64,000 bases of DNA from a virus, in IMG/VR virus record IMGVR_UViG_3300037755_000850, positions 1-64,000 of that record. One strand, written 5' to 3'. Below are positions 37,174 through 45,288 of the stretch, in pieces. The notes under the pieces are model-generated. The model was not told the origin of the DNA. It searched no databases and saw only the letters and a program-made list of their open reading frames with translations. Each line of letters opens with the position of its first letter. Positions within the stretch are counted from its first letter, which is position 1. The position numbers were made by a program, and so were the translations under genes.

Positions 37174-37531
37174 GAATCTCGGTAAGATCGCCTATGAAGG
37201 CTATCATGGAACCAGGCATCGAGACTATGAAAAAACCTGGCCTTGGACACCATTTGACGAAATAACTCAAGGTGAAAAAGAAAATTGGGACGATGCCGCT
37301 GATGCGGTTTGGGATTTGTGTCAGGCTGACGCCAGCGTAAAAGGCGAGACCGTATCGCGCGAAGGCGCTCTTCAAGCTAGCATCGGCGCGGAAGCCTTTG
37401 GAGAATGGCAAAAGCTCATGCGAAAGGCAATCAACGTCCAGAACGGTATCGCAACCGAAGAAGAACGGCAGATTGTTGCCGAAGCGCTGTTGCGGCGACT
37501 GGATCGTGAAGGATTGATCCGGAATTTATAG
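37160..37531 (+). CDS. hypothetical protein
   Basis: coupled ORF. Confidence 0.55.
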   Translation: MPKSRNLGKIAYEGYHGTRHRDYEKTWPWTPFDEITQGEKENWDDAADAVWDLCQADASVKGETVSREGALQASIGAEAFGEWQKLMRKAINVQNGIATEEERQIVAEALLRRLDREGLIRNL

Positions 37532-38182
37532 CTGAGAATCACAAGCGTTTTATTATCACAAATCTACAACAAATCAAGAAAGGGCGGCGCTTCCTCCCCT
37601 ACCTGAAGGGGTATCCGCGCCGCAAGATTGATGATGTTTCTCCCGACATCCACATTGGAAATCATTTTCACGTTGCTGGAAATAGCCTTTGGAATCTGGC
37701 TTTATAGTATCGGCTATTCTGGTGCAGCGGGGCTCCTGGTTGGTGGTGCCGTCGCCGCTTTCGTCACCAGACGGATGACCCCTTATCATATGGCGATGTA
37801 TGCAAGTCAGCTTCTAAAGGCGCAAAAAAATGCACAACCGGATGACCTGCCCCGTTGATGGCTGCATCAAGCGCGGCACCAAATCAGCTCTGGCCCAGCA
37901 CGCCAAGGCCGTCCATCCTGCCATCGCCCGCACCTTGTATGAGCGTGCGGTTCTGGCGGGTCTGCATCTGGATCAATCGGGACGCTTGCTGAACCGGCCC
38001 CGCCGCCGCACGCTCTGGCACAGGCCAAAACGCACCACCCGGTTGCTCACCCGCGCCAATTGGGCCAGCCGGATCTTTTATGGACTATCATTCGTGCTTA
38101 TCGGATTCCTCTATCTTGCCAAATACCATAATATATTCTAATTATGGTAGGAACGGAATATCTTATATGAGGGAATCACCTA

Positions 38183-38434
38183 ATGCGAGTTGTCCCCAGA
38201 AGCATCATCAAGGCGGGCCGCGCCCTGTTGTCGTGGACGCAAAGAGATCTGGCCATGGCGATCAAGTCCGATGTCGCAACGGTTGCCCGGTATGAATCCG
38301 GGGCCGGAATGCATGATGACACCATGTCACGGATTATCGACAAATTTGAGGAAAGCGGCATCGAGATCATCTTTCACGATGACGTTGCCGTGGGTGTGCG
38401 TTTCGTGAAAGCCGAAGATCATATCCCGAGATGA
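38183..38434 (+). CDS. XRE-family HTH regulator
   Basis: IKAGRALL.WTQ.DLA......TV.RYE.G. Confidence 0.85.
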   Translation: MRVVPRSIIKAGRALLSWTQRDLAMAIKSDVATVARYESGAGMHDDTMSRIIDKFEESGIEIIFHDDVAVGVRFVKAEDHIPR

Positions 38435-38440
38435 CCCACC

Positions 38441-38899
38441 ATGTTCATACCCTGCGATAATAACAAGCTCATCCATTCCGGCAACATCACCTATGTCTGG
38501 CTGAGCGATGACGGTGCGCTGCGAGCAATCAATCGCGACGGCGAGACCTTCCTGATTCCGGATTGCGATCTGGAGACCATCGAGACCATGGGATGCCCTA
38601 CAGTTCAAGCTGGCGACGGCTATGTCAAGCTGTTCTTCAGCTTTACCGATCGGGACAGTTTCGAAGAGCACCCGGTTCTGGCCTGGAGACTACGCACCCC
38701 TTATGCCCCGGAAGCCATCAGTCTGTTTGATGATCAGTTCGTCCCGCCCGGCCTCACCGCTGTTCGTTATCCGGATGGGCGCATCATGGTGATGGATGCC
38801 GATGAGAACACCCCGACCATAGCCGACACCAAGGCATGGAAAAATTACGCCAGCCAAGAACGGTTGAAATGGCTGCGCAATGGAGAAAATAATAAATGA
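38441..38899 (+). CDS. hypothetical protein
   Basis: ORF in operon. Confidence 0.6.
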   Translation: MFIPCDNNKLIHSGNITYVWLSDDGALRAINRDGETFLIPDCDLETIETMGCPTVQAGDGYVKLFFSFTDRDSFEEHPVLAWRLRTPYAPEAISLFDDQFVPPGLTAVRYPDGRIMVMDADENTPTIADTKAWKNYASQERLKWLRNGENNK

Positions 38900-39213
38900 A
38901 AGAATTTACAATCGCCATATTGGTGATTTTCGGCGTTATCGTTCTGACGGTGATTTCCTGCCTTCTGTCTGGGTGGGTATTGACCATTCTATGGGGCTGG
39001 TTCCTGGTGCCATTCGGTCTTGCGCAGATCAACCTTGCGCACGGGATTGGCATTTGCCTCGCTGGCAGGATCATCAGCGGGTCCGCCACTCGCGTCGAGC
39101 CTCACAATGCGAGTGAAGATCCTTTCGAGCGCATGGGCCGCGTGATGATCACCGTGATCGTCGCACCGCTGACGGCGCTGCTGATCGGCTGGATTGCACA
39201 GATGTTCATGTAA
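38896..39213 (+). CDS. membrane protein
   Basis: 3 TM, GWVLTILWGWF.VP. Confidence 0.65.
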   Translation: MKEFTIAILVIFGVIVLTVISCLLSGWVLTILWGWFLVPFGLAQINLAHGIGICLAGRIISGSATRVEPHNASEDPFERMGRVMITVIVAPLTALLIGWIAQMFM

Positions 39214-39521
39214 AAAATGAACGGCAGTTAAACGGGGGATCTAAGCCCGGATAACTGCCGCTCAAGTGCTCAGACAAAGGAGAAAGTCGAGTGGATTTTT
39301 TATGTCATAGCTCGTGATCGGGGGCAAGTGGACGATGCGGATTTTCCGAAAGTTTTTGTTATCCGGCCCCCAGTAAGCCGTTACCCAAACGCAACACAGA
39401 CAACAGGTCCACCCGGCATAACTCACTTTTCTCTTTTTCTTGCCACAAATGGCGGGCTAAACAGTCCCCACATCGGCGTCGAATCCCCACCGGGACCGAC
39501 ATCTTACAAAGGAGATTATCG

Positions 39522-40190
39522 ATGCGAATTCTATCAACTTCAGCAATTGCCCTGATTGCGGCGGCTAGCCTTAGTGGCTCGGCGCTGGCGGCGGATGTTC
39601 TGGATCGGCAGTATGAAGATAAGTATGCTGACCAGCCCGCAGGCGTCCATGTTGACTGGTCTGGCGTGTATGTCGGCGGCGCTATCGGATATGGTCTAGC
39701 CAATTATGAACTAGAAGGAAACGGTTTTCCATTCTCGTTTGACGGAATTTCCGGCAATGGTTTTCAAGGGTGTGGAATTGTTGGCGCTCAAAGGCAGATG
39801 GGGATCATGGTTGCCGGTCTGGAGGGGCGCGGCTGCGGTGCGAACATTTCGACCGGTCTGAAAATCGGCGCAAATGAAGCAAGTTTCGAGCTTGATTATT
39901 CTTATGCGGCCTATGCCAAGCTTGGTCTCGCGCAGGATGATTTCCTTGTTTCAGCTCTGGCTGGCTATAAATGGCAGCATGTCTCGCTGGATGCCTTCAA
40001 TTTTGACGATACCATCGAGGGTTTCTCTGGCGGGCTGCTTGTCGAAAACAAGCTTGACGAGGCTGGGCGCTGGAATCTCGGTTTCGAGATGCTGTTCACT
40101 CAGTTTGAGGAACAAGATGCCGTCATCCTGAATATCGACCCGACAGAATATGAGGGCAATATTCGCCTGACTTATACGCTCGGTCGGTAA
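39522..40190 (+). CDS. outer-membrane beta-barrel protein, Omp25/RopB-like
   Basis: signal peptide ending ALAAD, DWSGVYVGG.IGYG, alternating beta strands; AAGGAG RBS. Confidence 0.8.
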   Translation: MRILSTSAIALIAAASLSGSALAADVLDRQYEDKYADQPAGVHVDWSGVYVGGAIGYGLANYELEGNGFPFSFDGISGNGFQGCGIVGAQRQMGIMVAGLEGRGCGANISTGLKIGANEASFELDYSYAAYAKLGLAQDDFLVSALAGYKWQHVSLDAFNFDDTIEGFSGGLLVENKLDEAGRWNLGFEMLFTQFEEQDAVILNIDPTEYEGNIRLTYTLGR

Positions 40191-40222
40191 TTCGTCAAAA
40201 AGTGCCAACAATGGAGACTATC

Positions 40223-41182
40223 ATGAAAAAACTGTCAACTTTCCTGATTGCATCTGCCGCGCTCGTGTCGGTAGGCAGTCAGGCCCATGCTTTGGATTGC
40301 GTGACGAATACGCCCGTCGAAGCATCAGACGGCGCTGGACTTCTCGGCGCTGTTTTCGGTGGCCCGACCGTCAACATGGACGGCACCGCCACTTGCGACA
40401 CGCTCAGCACTGCCGACATCAACACGGCGCTGGACGGCAAGGCCGACAAGGCGGACACTTACACGAAAGGCGAGGTTGACGCTGACAACGCCAGCCAGGA
40501 TGCGGCGATTTCAGCGAACACCGCCACGAACGCCAGCCAGCAGACCGAGATTGACGCCAACACGGCATCAAACACGGCACAGGACGCCACGCTTGCAGAT
40601 CATGAAAACCGGATCACGGATAATGAAAGCGACATTGGCGATCTTCAGACCGAGAACGCCAGCCAGCAGACCGAAATCGACAGCAACACGGCGAAGAACG
40701 TCGATCAGGACGGCAGGCTTGATGGCCACGACGCGGATATTGCAGACCATGAAACGCGCATCACGGCGAACAAGGACAAGAACGATCAGCAGGACGCAAC
40801 GCTGATCGATCACGACAGCCGGATCACGACAAACACGAATAAGAACATTCAGCAGGATACCCGGCTTGACGGTCACGACACACAGCTCGCAAATCACAAT
40901 GCGCGGCTGAATGCTCATGACGACATTCTCGCCGGTCATGGCGAAACGCTGGAAGACCACGCCAAAGGCTTGGCCATCGCAATGGCTCTGCCGGACGCAT
41001 GGCTGAGCGACAGCAAGTCTTTCGGCATCTTCGGTTCTGTCGGTGGCTTTGATGATGAAACCGCGCTCGGCTTTGCCGCTATTGGCAGGCTTGATGAAAC
41101 CTGGTCCGTGAACGGCAAGCTCGGTGCTGACACCGATTTCGATCATTTTGGCTGGCAGGCTGGTTTCGGCGCACAGTGGTAA
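40223..41182 (+). CDS. trimeric autotransporter adhesin (YadA-like C-terminal anchor)
   Basis: signal peptide, N/H-rich heptad stalk repeats, GLAIAMALP followed by 4 beta strands ending in W. Confidence 0.85.
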   Translation: MKKLSTFLIASAALVSVGSQAHALDCVTNTPVEASDGAGLLGAVFGGPTVNMDGTATCDTLSTADINTALDGKADKADTYTKGEVDADNASQDAAISANTATNASQQTEIDANTASNTAQDATLADHENRITDNESDIGDLQTENASQQTEIDSNTAKNVDQDGRLDGHDADIADHETRITANKDKNDQQDATLIDHDSRITTNTNKNIQQDTRLDGHDTQLANHNARLNAHDDILAGHGETLEDHAKGLAIAMALPDAWLSDSKSFGIFGSVGGFDDETALGFAAIGRLDETWSVNGKLGADTDFDHFGWQAGFGAQW

Positions 41183-41238
41183 AATAAACTCGAAATCCCC
41201 TCTCTGCTGGCACAGCAGCAGAGTTGTGGTGCCCTGAA

Positions 41239-41277
41239 GCCGCCGAGCTAACACCCACCGCTCGGCGGTTTTTTTTA
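41239..41277 (+). terminator. intrinsic terminator
   Basis: GCCGCCGAGC...GCTCGGCGGT-TTTTTTT. Confidence 0.7.
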
Positions 41278-41289
41278 TCGGAGACCATC

Positions 41290-41562
41290 ATGAAGACATT
41301 TGACGAAAAACTGCTCAGTCTCATAATGGAAGAAACCAAGGGCAAGTTTGTCCCCACCGGCTTGCCGGAGGAAAAGTTTGCCGAGATCATCGAGGCGCTG
41401 GCGGCGCATCTGGGCAAGTTCATCGCCATTCAAACCAGCGGCGATGCCAAGACCATGGGCACCATACTTGACGGTTCCAGTTCCCATATGTACGAAGTCG
41501 CGGCGGAATTTCAGGCCCATGGTCAGTTGCTTGCCGGTCTGGCCAGTTTCAAGAAGAAATAA
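41290..41562 (+). CDS. hypothetical protein
   Basis: GGAG RBS. Confidence 0.6.
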   Translation: MKTFDEKLLSLIMEETKGKFVPTGLPEEKFAEIIEALAAHLGKFIAIQTSGDAKTMGTILDGSSSHMYEVAAEFQAHGQLLAGLASFKKK

Positions 41563-41628
41563 CAAGTCTTGATATTCCAGAGCATACGGCTTAAATTCTA
41601 TTGAGTTTTGTTCAATGGGAGTCTCATT

Positions 41629-41934
41629 ATGGAAATCGTATTTTTAATTCTCGGGGTTTTGATATTTTGGTCATTTTTAGTCGGAGTTCTGTCACCGCGA
41701 TCAACCGATCGATTCAGCAAAAGCTATTGGGATTACATGGACCGCTTTGAGGCTCGGGAGTGGGCCTACAAAATGGAGATGTATGAAGCGGACTGCGCGC
41801 GGCTCCGCAAAAGGCTTCGCCACAAGATCGGCGACGGCAAAGAACCGGGCGCTCCCGGAACCCCGATCGGAAAATCAGTAGAATGGTACGAAACAGACTA
41901 TCCGGCACTTGACACAGGCGAGTTGATAGAATAA
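41629..41934 (+). CDS. membrane-anchored hypothetical protein
   Basis: GGAG RBS, N-terminal TM; upstream TTGATA-N17-TAAATT. Confidence 0.55.
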   Translation: MEIVFLILGVLIFWSFLVGVLSPRSTDRFSKSYWDYMDRFEAREWAYKMEMYEADCARLRKRLRHKIGDGKEPGAPGTPIGKSVEWYETDYPALDTGELIE

Positions 41935-41937
41935 ATT
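41909..41937 (+). promoter_or_regulatory. sigma70-type promoter of the tRNA array
   Basis: TTGACA-N17-TAAATT. Confidence 0.7.
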
Positions 41938-41948
41938 CTATGGAAGTT

Positions 41949-42023
41949 GCCGGGGTAGCTCAGTGGTAGAGCACGCGACTGAAAATTGCGGTGTCGGACG
42001 TTCAAACCGTTCCCCCGGCACCA
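41949..42023 (+). tRNA. tRNA-Phe(GAA)
   Basis: full cloverleaf, loop CTGAAAA, encoded CCA. Confidence 0.9.
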
Positions 42024-42024
42024 C

Positions 42025-42035
42025 GCTCTTTGACA
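42025..42035 (+). promoter_or_regulatory. boxA-like antitermination element
   Basis: GCTCTTTGACA. Confidence 0.5.
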
Positions 42036-42045
42036 TTTTCATTTC

Positions 42046-42118
42046 TGCGGGTGGGCATAGTGCTCAGGGGGGTCTCATAAGCCTCCATTGCCGGGGGCAG
42101 TACCCGGACCCGCTACCA
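42046..42118 (+). tRNA. atypical tRNA-Met(CAT), initiator-like
   Basis: acceptor TGCGGGT/ACCCGCT with 1:72 mismatch, loop CTCATAA, T-loop GGCAGTA, reduced D-arm, CCA. Confidence 0.65.
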
Positions 42119-42120
42119 TC

Positions 42121-42525
42121 TTGCAGTTCCCCATGAAGGTTCTGCACTATGCGGGGGATCTGGTCCATCGCACGGGTTCCAGGTCAGATCATTAACCCTC
42201 ATGCTAATGATCACCCCGCGCCCATTCCAGCTCTGTTTTGCTCATTTTCAGAGCTGGTGTACAGACGGCCCGGTGTTTCCGTGGAAGGTCATGGCGGGCC
42301 GTCTGCTTACAAGGTTCGGGCAGGAGCCTTTCGCCGTGCACGGCGAAAGGCTAGCCGCTAGTGAGGACGACAGCGCACCCTCCCTGCCCATCTAAGACCT
42401 GCTTCGGCAGGCCAGCCGGGGATAAGCTCCCGGCTGTAAGGTTTCGAGTTCTGGCGGCGGCGCAAATGCGCACAAAACTAGATGCGAGGATGTCCCGGCG
42501 ATGCTAGGCCCTTCGCCGCCAGATG
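42121..42525 (+). ncRNA. highly structured non-coding tract within the tRNA array
   Basis: series of strong hairpins plus a CCA-ended tRNA-sized element at 42150-42224. Confidence 0.5.
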
Positions 42526-42527
42526 TC

Positions 42528-42602
42528 TTGGGTGTAGCTTAGTGGCTAAAGCAACGGTCTCCAAAACCGTGATCGCCGGTTCGATTCCGGTCACCCTTGC
42601 CA
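42528..42602 (+). tRNA. tRNA-Trp(CCA) with mismatched acceptor end
   Basis: loop CTCCAAA, canonical D and T arms; acceptor TTGGGTG/CACCCTT. Confidence 0.8.
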
Positions 42603-42619
42603 TTCTATTAGATGATTAT

Positions 42620-42705
42620 GCGGGGTCCGCAAGGATAAGATCTACAGACACCATGGATAGGTCTGTAGCGTAGAAGCGTCGGGGAGACCTGCCCGCCCCG
42701 CTCCA
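42620..42705 (+). ncRNA. tRNA-like RNA with non-canonical arms
   Basis: GCGGGGT/GCCCCGC + T + CCA enclosing TCC-GCAA-GGA, CTACAGAC/GTCTGTAG and CGGG/CCCG hairpins. Confidence 0.5.
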
Positions 42706-42710
42706 GTTTC

Positions 42711-42786
42711 GGATGGGTAGCTCAGTGGTCAGAGCAGCGGTCTTTTAAATCGCTGGTCGAGGGTTCGAATCCCTCCCCATCCTCCA
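42711..42786 (+). tRNA. tRNA-Lys(TTT)
   Basis: full cloverleaf, loop CTTTTAA, CCA. Confidence 0.92.
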
Positions 42787-42787
42787 A

Positions 42788-42863
42788 GGCTCTGTCGTTC
42801 AATGGTCAGGACGCCGGGTTGTCAACTCGGTAACGCTGGGTTCAATTCCCGCCAGAGCCGCCA
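42788..42863 (+). tRNA. tRNA-Asp(GTC)
   Basis: cloverleaf, loop TTGTCAA, bulged T-stem, CCA. Confidence 0.85.
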
Positions 42864-42874
42864 GAGCCGCCAGA

Positions 42875-42950
42875 GGGACCATCGTCTAAAGGTCAGGATA
42901 CGGCTCTTTCAAAGCTGTGATGGCGAGTTCAAGTCTCCCTGGTCCCGCCA
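42875..42950 (+). tRNA. tRNA-Glu(TTC)
   Basis: cloverleaf, loop CTTTCAA, bulged T-stem, CCA. Confidence 0.85.
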
Positions 42951-42974
42951 TTCCCCATAAAATGGAAAATCAAA

Positions 42975-43412
42975 ATGAAAGTTCTATTTCTCGACATTGA
43001 CGGCGTTTTGAACCATGACGCAACCCAAGAAAGAATAAAGGGGCGCGGCGGACTGGTTGATGGCTTTGTTGGCATTGATCAGGCCCTGCTCAAGCGCTTC
43101 CAGACCTGGCTCAAGGATAAGGATATCAAGATCGTCCTGTCATCGACATGGCGAACGGATGAAGGCACCATGGCCGAGCTGAGGGCCAACGGCATCGAGT
43201 GGATTGATGTCACGCCGCGTGCTCGTCTTCGGGGTGATGAAGTTGCGCAGTGGCTCGCAGAACACGATGTCGATCGATACGCCATTATCGACGATGTTGA
43301 TGAGTTCCTTTTCGATCAGATGGATTTTCTGGTTCTGACCAACCCCAGAATTGGTATCACCGATGATGATCTCAAACAGATTGACGCCATACTGGGCCTT
43401 GACGGTAAATAG
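42975..43412 (+). CDS. HAD phosphatase (Swiss-Army-Knife RNA-repair type)
   Basis: FLDIDGVLN, IVLSSTWR, RG.EV..WL, YAIIDD. Confidence 0.85.
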   Translation: MKVLFLDIDGVLNHDATQERIKGRGGLVDGFVGIDQALLKRFQTWLKDKDIKIVLSSTWRTDEGTMAELRANGIEWIDVTPRARLRGDEVAQWLAEHDVDRYAIIDDVDEFLFDQMDFLVLTNPRIGITDDDLKQIDAILGLDGK

Positions 43413-43501
43413 AATTTGCTCTATATCTCCTACATGAGAATTAGCAAACTGGAAAAATGGAGGTCTCCAATGCAATAGGACAACAAATTGGAGACCTGAT
43501 C

Positions 43502-43873
43502 ATGGCGCACTATAAGCGCGGTAAATGTCGTCGCAACTGCCCCAAGGCCATACGTGGCAGTCAAACCAGTTGGCGGGCGCGGTTTGGCATGAAGCCGATC
43601 CGCATTGCGTGGGGTGACATCCCGGATTTGCATCGCAGTGCTGAATGGGACGCGATGTGGCATCCCCGTGGTAGACATGGCAATCGAGGCCGGAAAATCA
43701 GCGGCCACTATTCGATGATGAGCAGCTATCCAGCCTGGTGGGATCGCACCTTTCACACCAGACCGAGACGGGCTAAAGAAAAGGCAATGGCGCGTCGGAT
43801 TCTGAAAGATGTTCTTGATCCCGACAATGCTGCATGGCCACTTCAGAAACGCCCTCATATTTACTATTGGTAA
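43502..43873 (+). CDS. conserved basic hypothetical protein
   Basis: GGAG RBS; P.WW...FHTRP.R, ends KRPHIYYW. Confidence 0.65.
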   Translation: MAHYKRGKCRRNCPKAIRGSQTSWRARFGMKPIRIAWGDIPDLHRSAEWDAMWHPRGRHGNRGRKISGHYSMMSSYPAWWDRTFHTRPRRAKEKAMARRILKDVLDPDNAAWPLQKRPHIYYW

Positions 43874-43877
43874 ACCC

Positions 43878-44363
43878 GTGGAAAAACAGCCTGAATCCTA
43901 TTCTCTGGAAATCAACAGCCAGCTGAAGATCCTTGACCGCCTGCACCGGGCCGAAGCGATCGCGTTCAAGCTGTTCTATCAGCCCAAATCTGATCTTTAT
44001 GATTATATCAGGAACAGCATTCAGGGGGAACTGGAAATCTCTTGGGATCAGCTTTTGAAGCTAGCTGATCCCAAGAAAAGAAAAACCTCAAATGCCGCCG
44101 CCGAGGCGATGGGCGAGATCTCCGAACGGATAAACTATGACCTCAACCAGTTGCTGATCCAGATGGCGATGCTGCAAGACGCCTTCAGAGCCATTGAGAA
44201 AATGGAGGTCAACCAGAAGGATGCCGCCCAGACCTGCTGGATCAGCATCCAGTCCCAGATCCTCGATTTACGCAAGAAAGTCCTCGAAAAAGTCCCCGAA
44301 GAACTTAAGCTGAAAGTACCCGATCATGAGTCCCAAGTCCCCCAAGATTCACTCCACGGATAA
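43878..44363 (+). CDS. hypothetical protein
   Basis: helical ORF in operon. Confidence 0.55.
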   Translation: MEKQPESYSLEINSQLKILDRLHRAEAIAFKLFYQPKSDLYDYIRNSIQGELEISWDQLLKLADPKKRKTSNAAAEAMGEISERINYDLNQLLIQMAMLQDAFRAIEKMEVNQKDAAQTCWISIQSQILDLRKKVLEKVPEELKLKVPDHESQVPQDSLHG

Positions 44364-44703
44364 AAGCCTGATTGATGCCGCCACCGGTAGTGGCGCAGTG
44401 GCGCTGACACCGGAATTGCTGGAACAAATGCGTCAGAACTATCAGGAAAACATGAAGGACATCGCCGAGCGTTACCCAAAACTGGTTGCGGCCTGCGATT
44501 ATGAAACCCGGCTGGCGATCACCGCCCAAGTTTTCAAGGCGATTGTTGATCACGCGCGAGAGAGCGGCACCTATAGGTATCTGATATACGAACGCCTTGG
44601 ATTCGGCCCGGATGCCTATGTACCCCTGTATGAAGCGGGAGGGATGGAAATTTCCAATGAATTCGAGCTGCCACCTCTTGATGGCAGCAAAGAATCACAC
44701 TAG
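44326..44703 (+). CDS. hypothetical phage protein
   Basis: GTYRYLIY.RLGF..DAY..L..AGGM.ISN. Confidence 0.6.
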   Translation: MSPKSPKIHSTDKSLIDAATGSGAVALTPELLEQMRQNYQENMKDIAERYPKLVAACDYETRLAITAQVFKAIVDHARESGTYRYLIYERLGFGPDAYVPLYEAGGMEISNEFELPPLDGSKESH

Positions 44704-44980
44704 ACAGAAAACGCTCACCGGGATGGCGATCTTGTCTCCTGCCGTTGGCCTGAGTCCCCGATGAGCGTTCCCATTATTTCTTCTTGCCGCCGCCCTTGCT
44801 TGGATAGCCGCCCCCAGATGGGCCTTTGCCACCTGATGGTGCACTCGGCTTGCAAGAACCGCCTTTACCTTTTCCAGCCATGATAAGCTCCTATTGTTAA
44901 TAGAAGTTCAACCGTTTTGGGATTCGGCTGAAAAGTCAAGTCTTGCATGTCCGCACGGAATATATTACATTGGCATAAAT

Positions 44981-45080
44981 GGAAGGGTAAGCCGAAAGAT
45001 TGCTGGTTAGCGGCGGCGGTCCTGAAAACCGATGGGCTCCGAAAGGTGTCGTGGGGGTTCGAATCCCTCCCCTTCCGCCA
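44981..45080 (+). tRNA. tRNA-Ser(TGA), atypical
   Basis: GGAAGGG/CCCTTCC-G-CCA, long variable arm, loop CCTGAAA (C33), enlarged D-loop; upstream TTGCAT-N17-TACATT. Confidence 0.8.
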
Positions 45081-45094
45081 TTTAAGGATAACAC

Positions 45095-45283
45095 ATGTGG
45101 TGGTGTATCGACCTCAGCATCGTACAGCCGGAGACACAACACTGGCGCTCCATCGAACGCTGGGTCAAGGCTGAGACTGGACCGGAAGCCGTAATCGAGT
45201 TTTTGAATACAATCGACTTCAAGGATGGTGAGCTGATTCATTTCATGCATATCAGCAGGCCAAGCAAGAATGCACCGCTATAA
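45095..45283 (+). CDS. hypothetical protein
   Basis: AAGGA RBS. Confidence 0.5.
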   Translation: MWWCIDLSIVQPETQHWRSIERWVKAETGPEAVIEFLNTIDFKDGELIHFMHISRPSKNAPL

Positions 45284-45288
45284 GGATA

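Noticed and set aside
40480-40960. DNA repeat array or DGR-like template/variable repeats
   Set aside because: Explained by coiled-coil stalk repeats of the autotransporter; no reverse transcriptase present.
42046-42118. tmRNA acceptor piece
   Set aside because: It has a CAT anticodon arm and lacks the GGGG...CCACCA alanyl acceptor.
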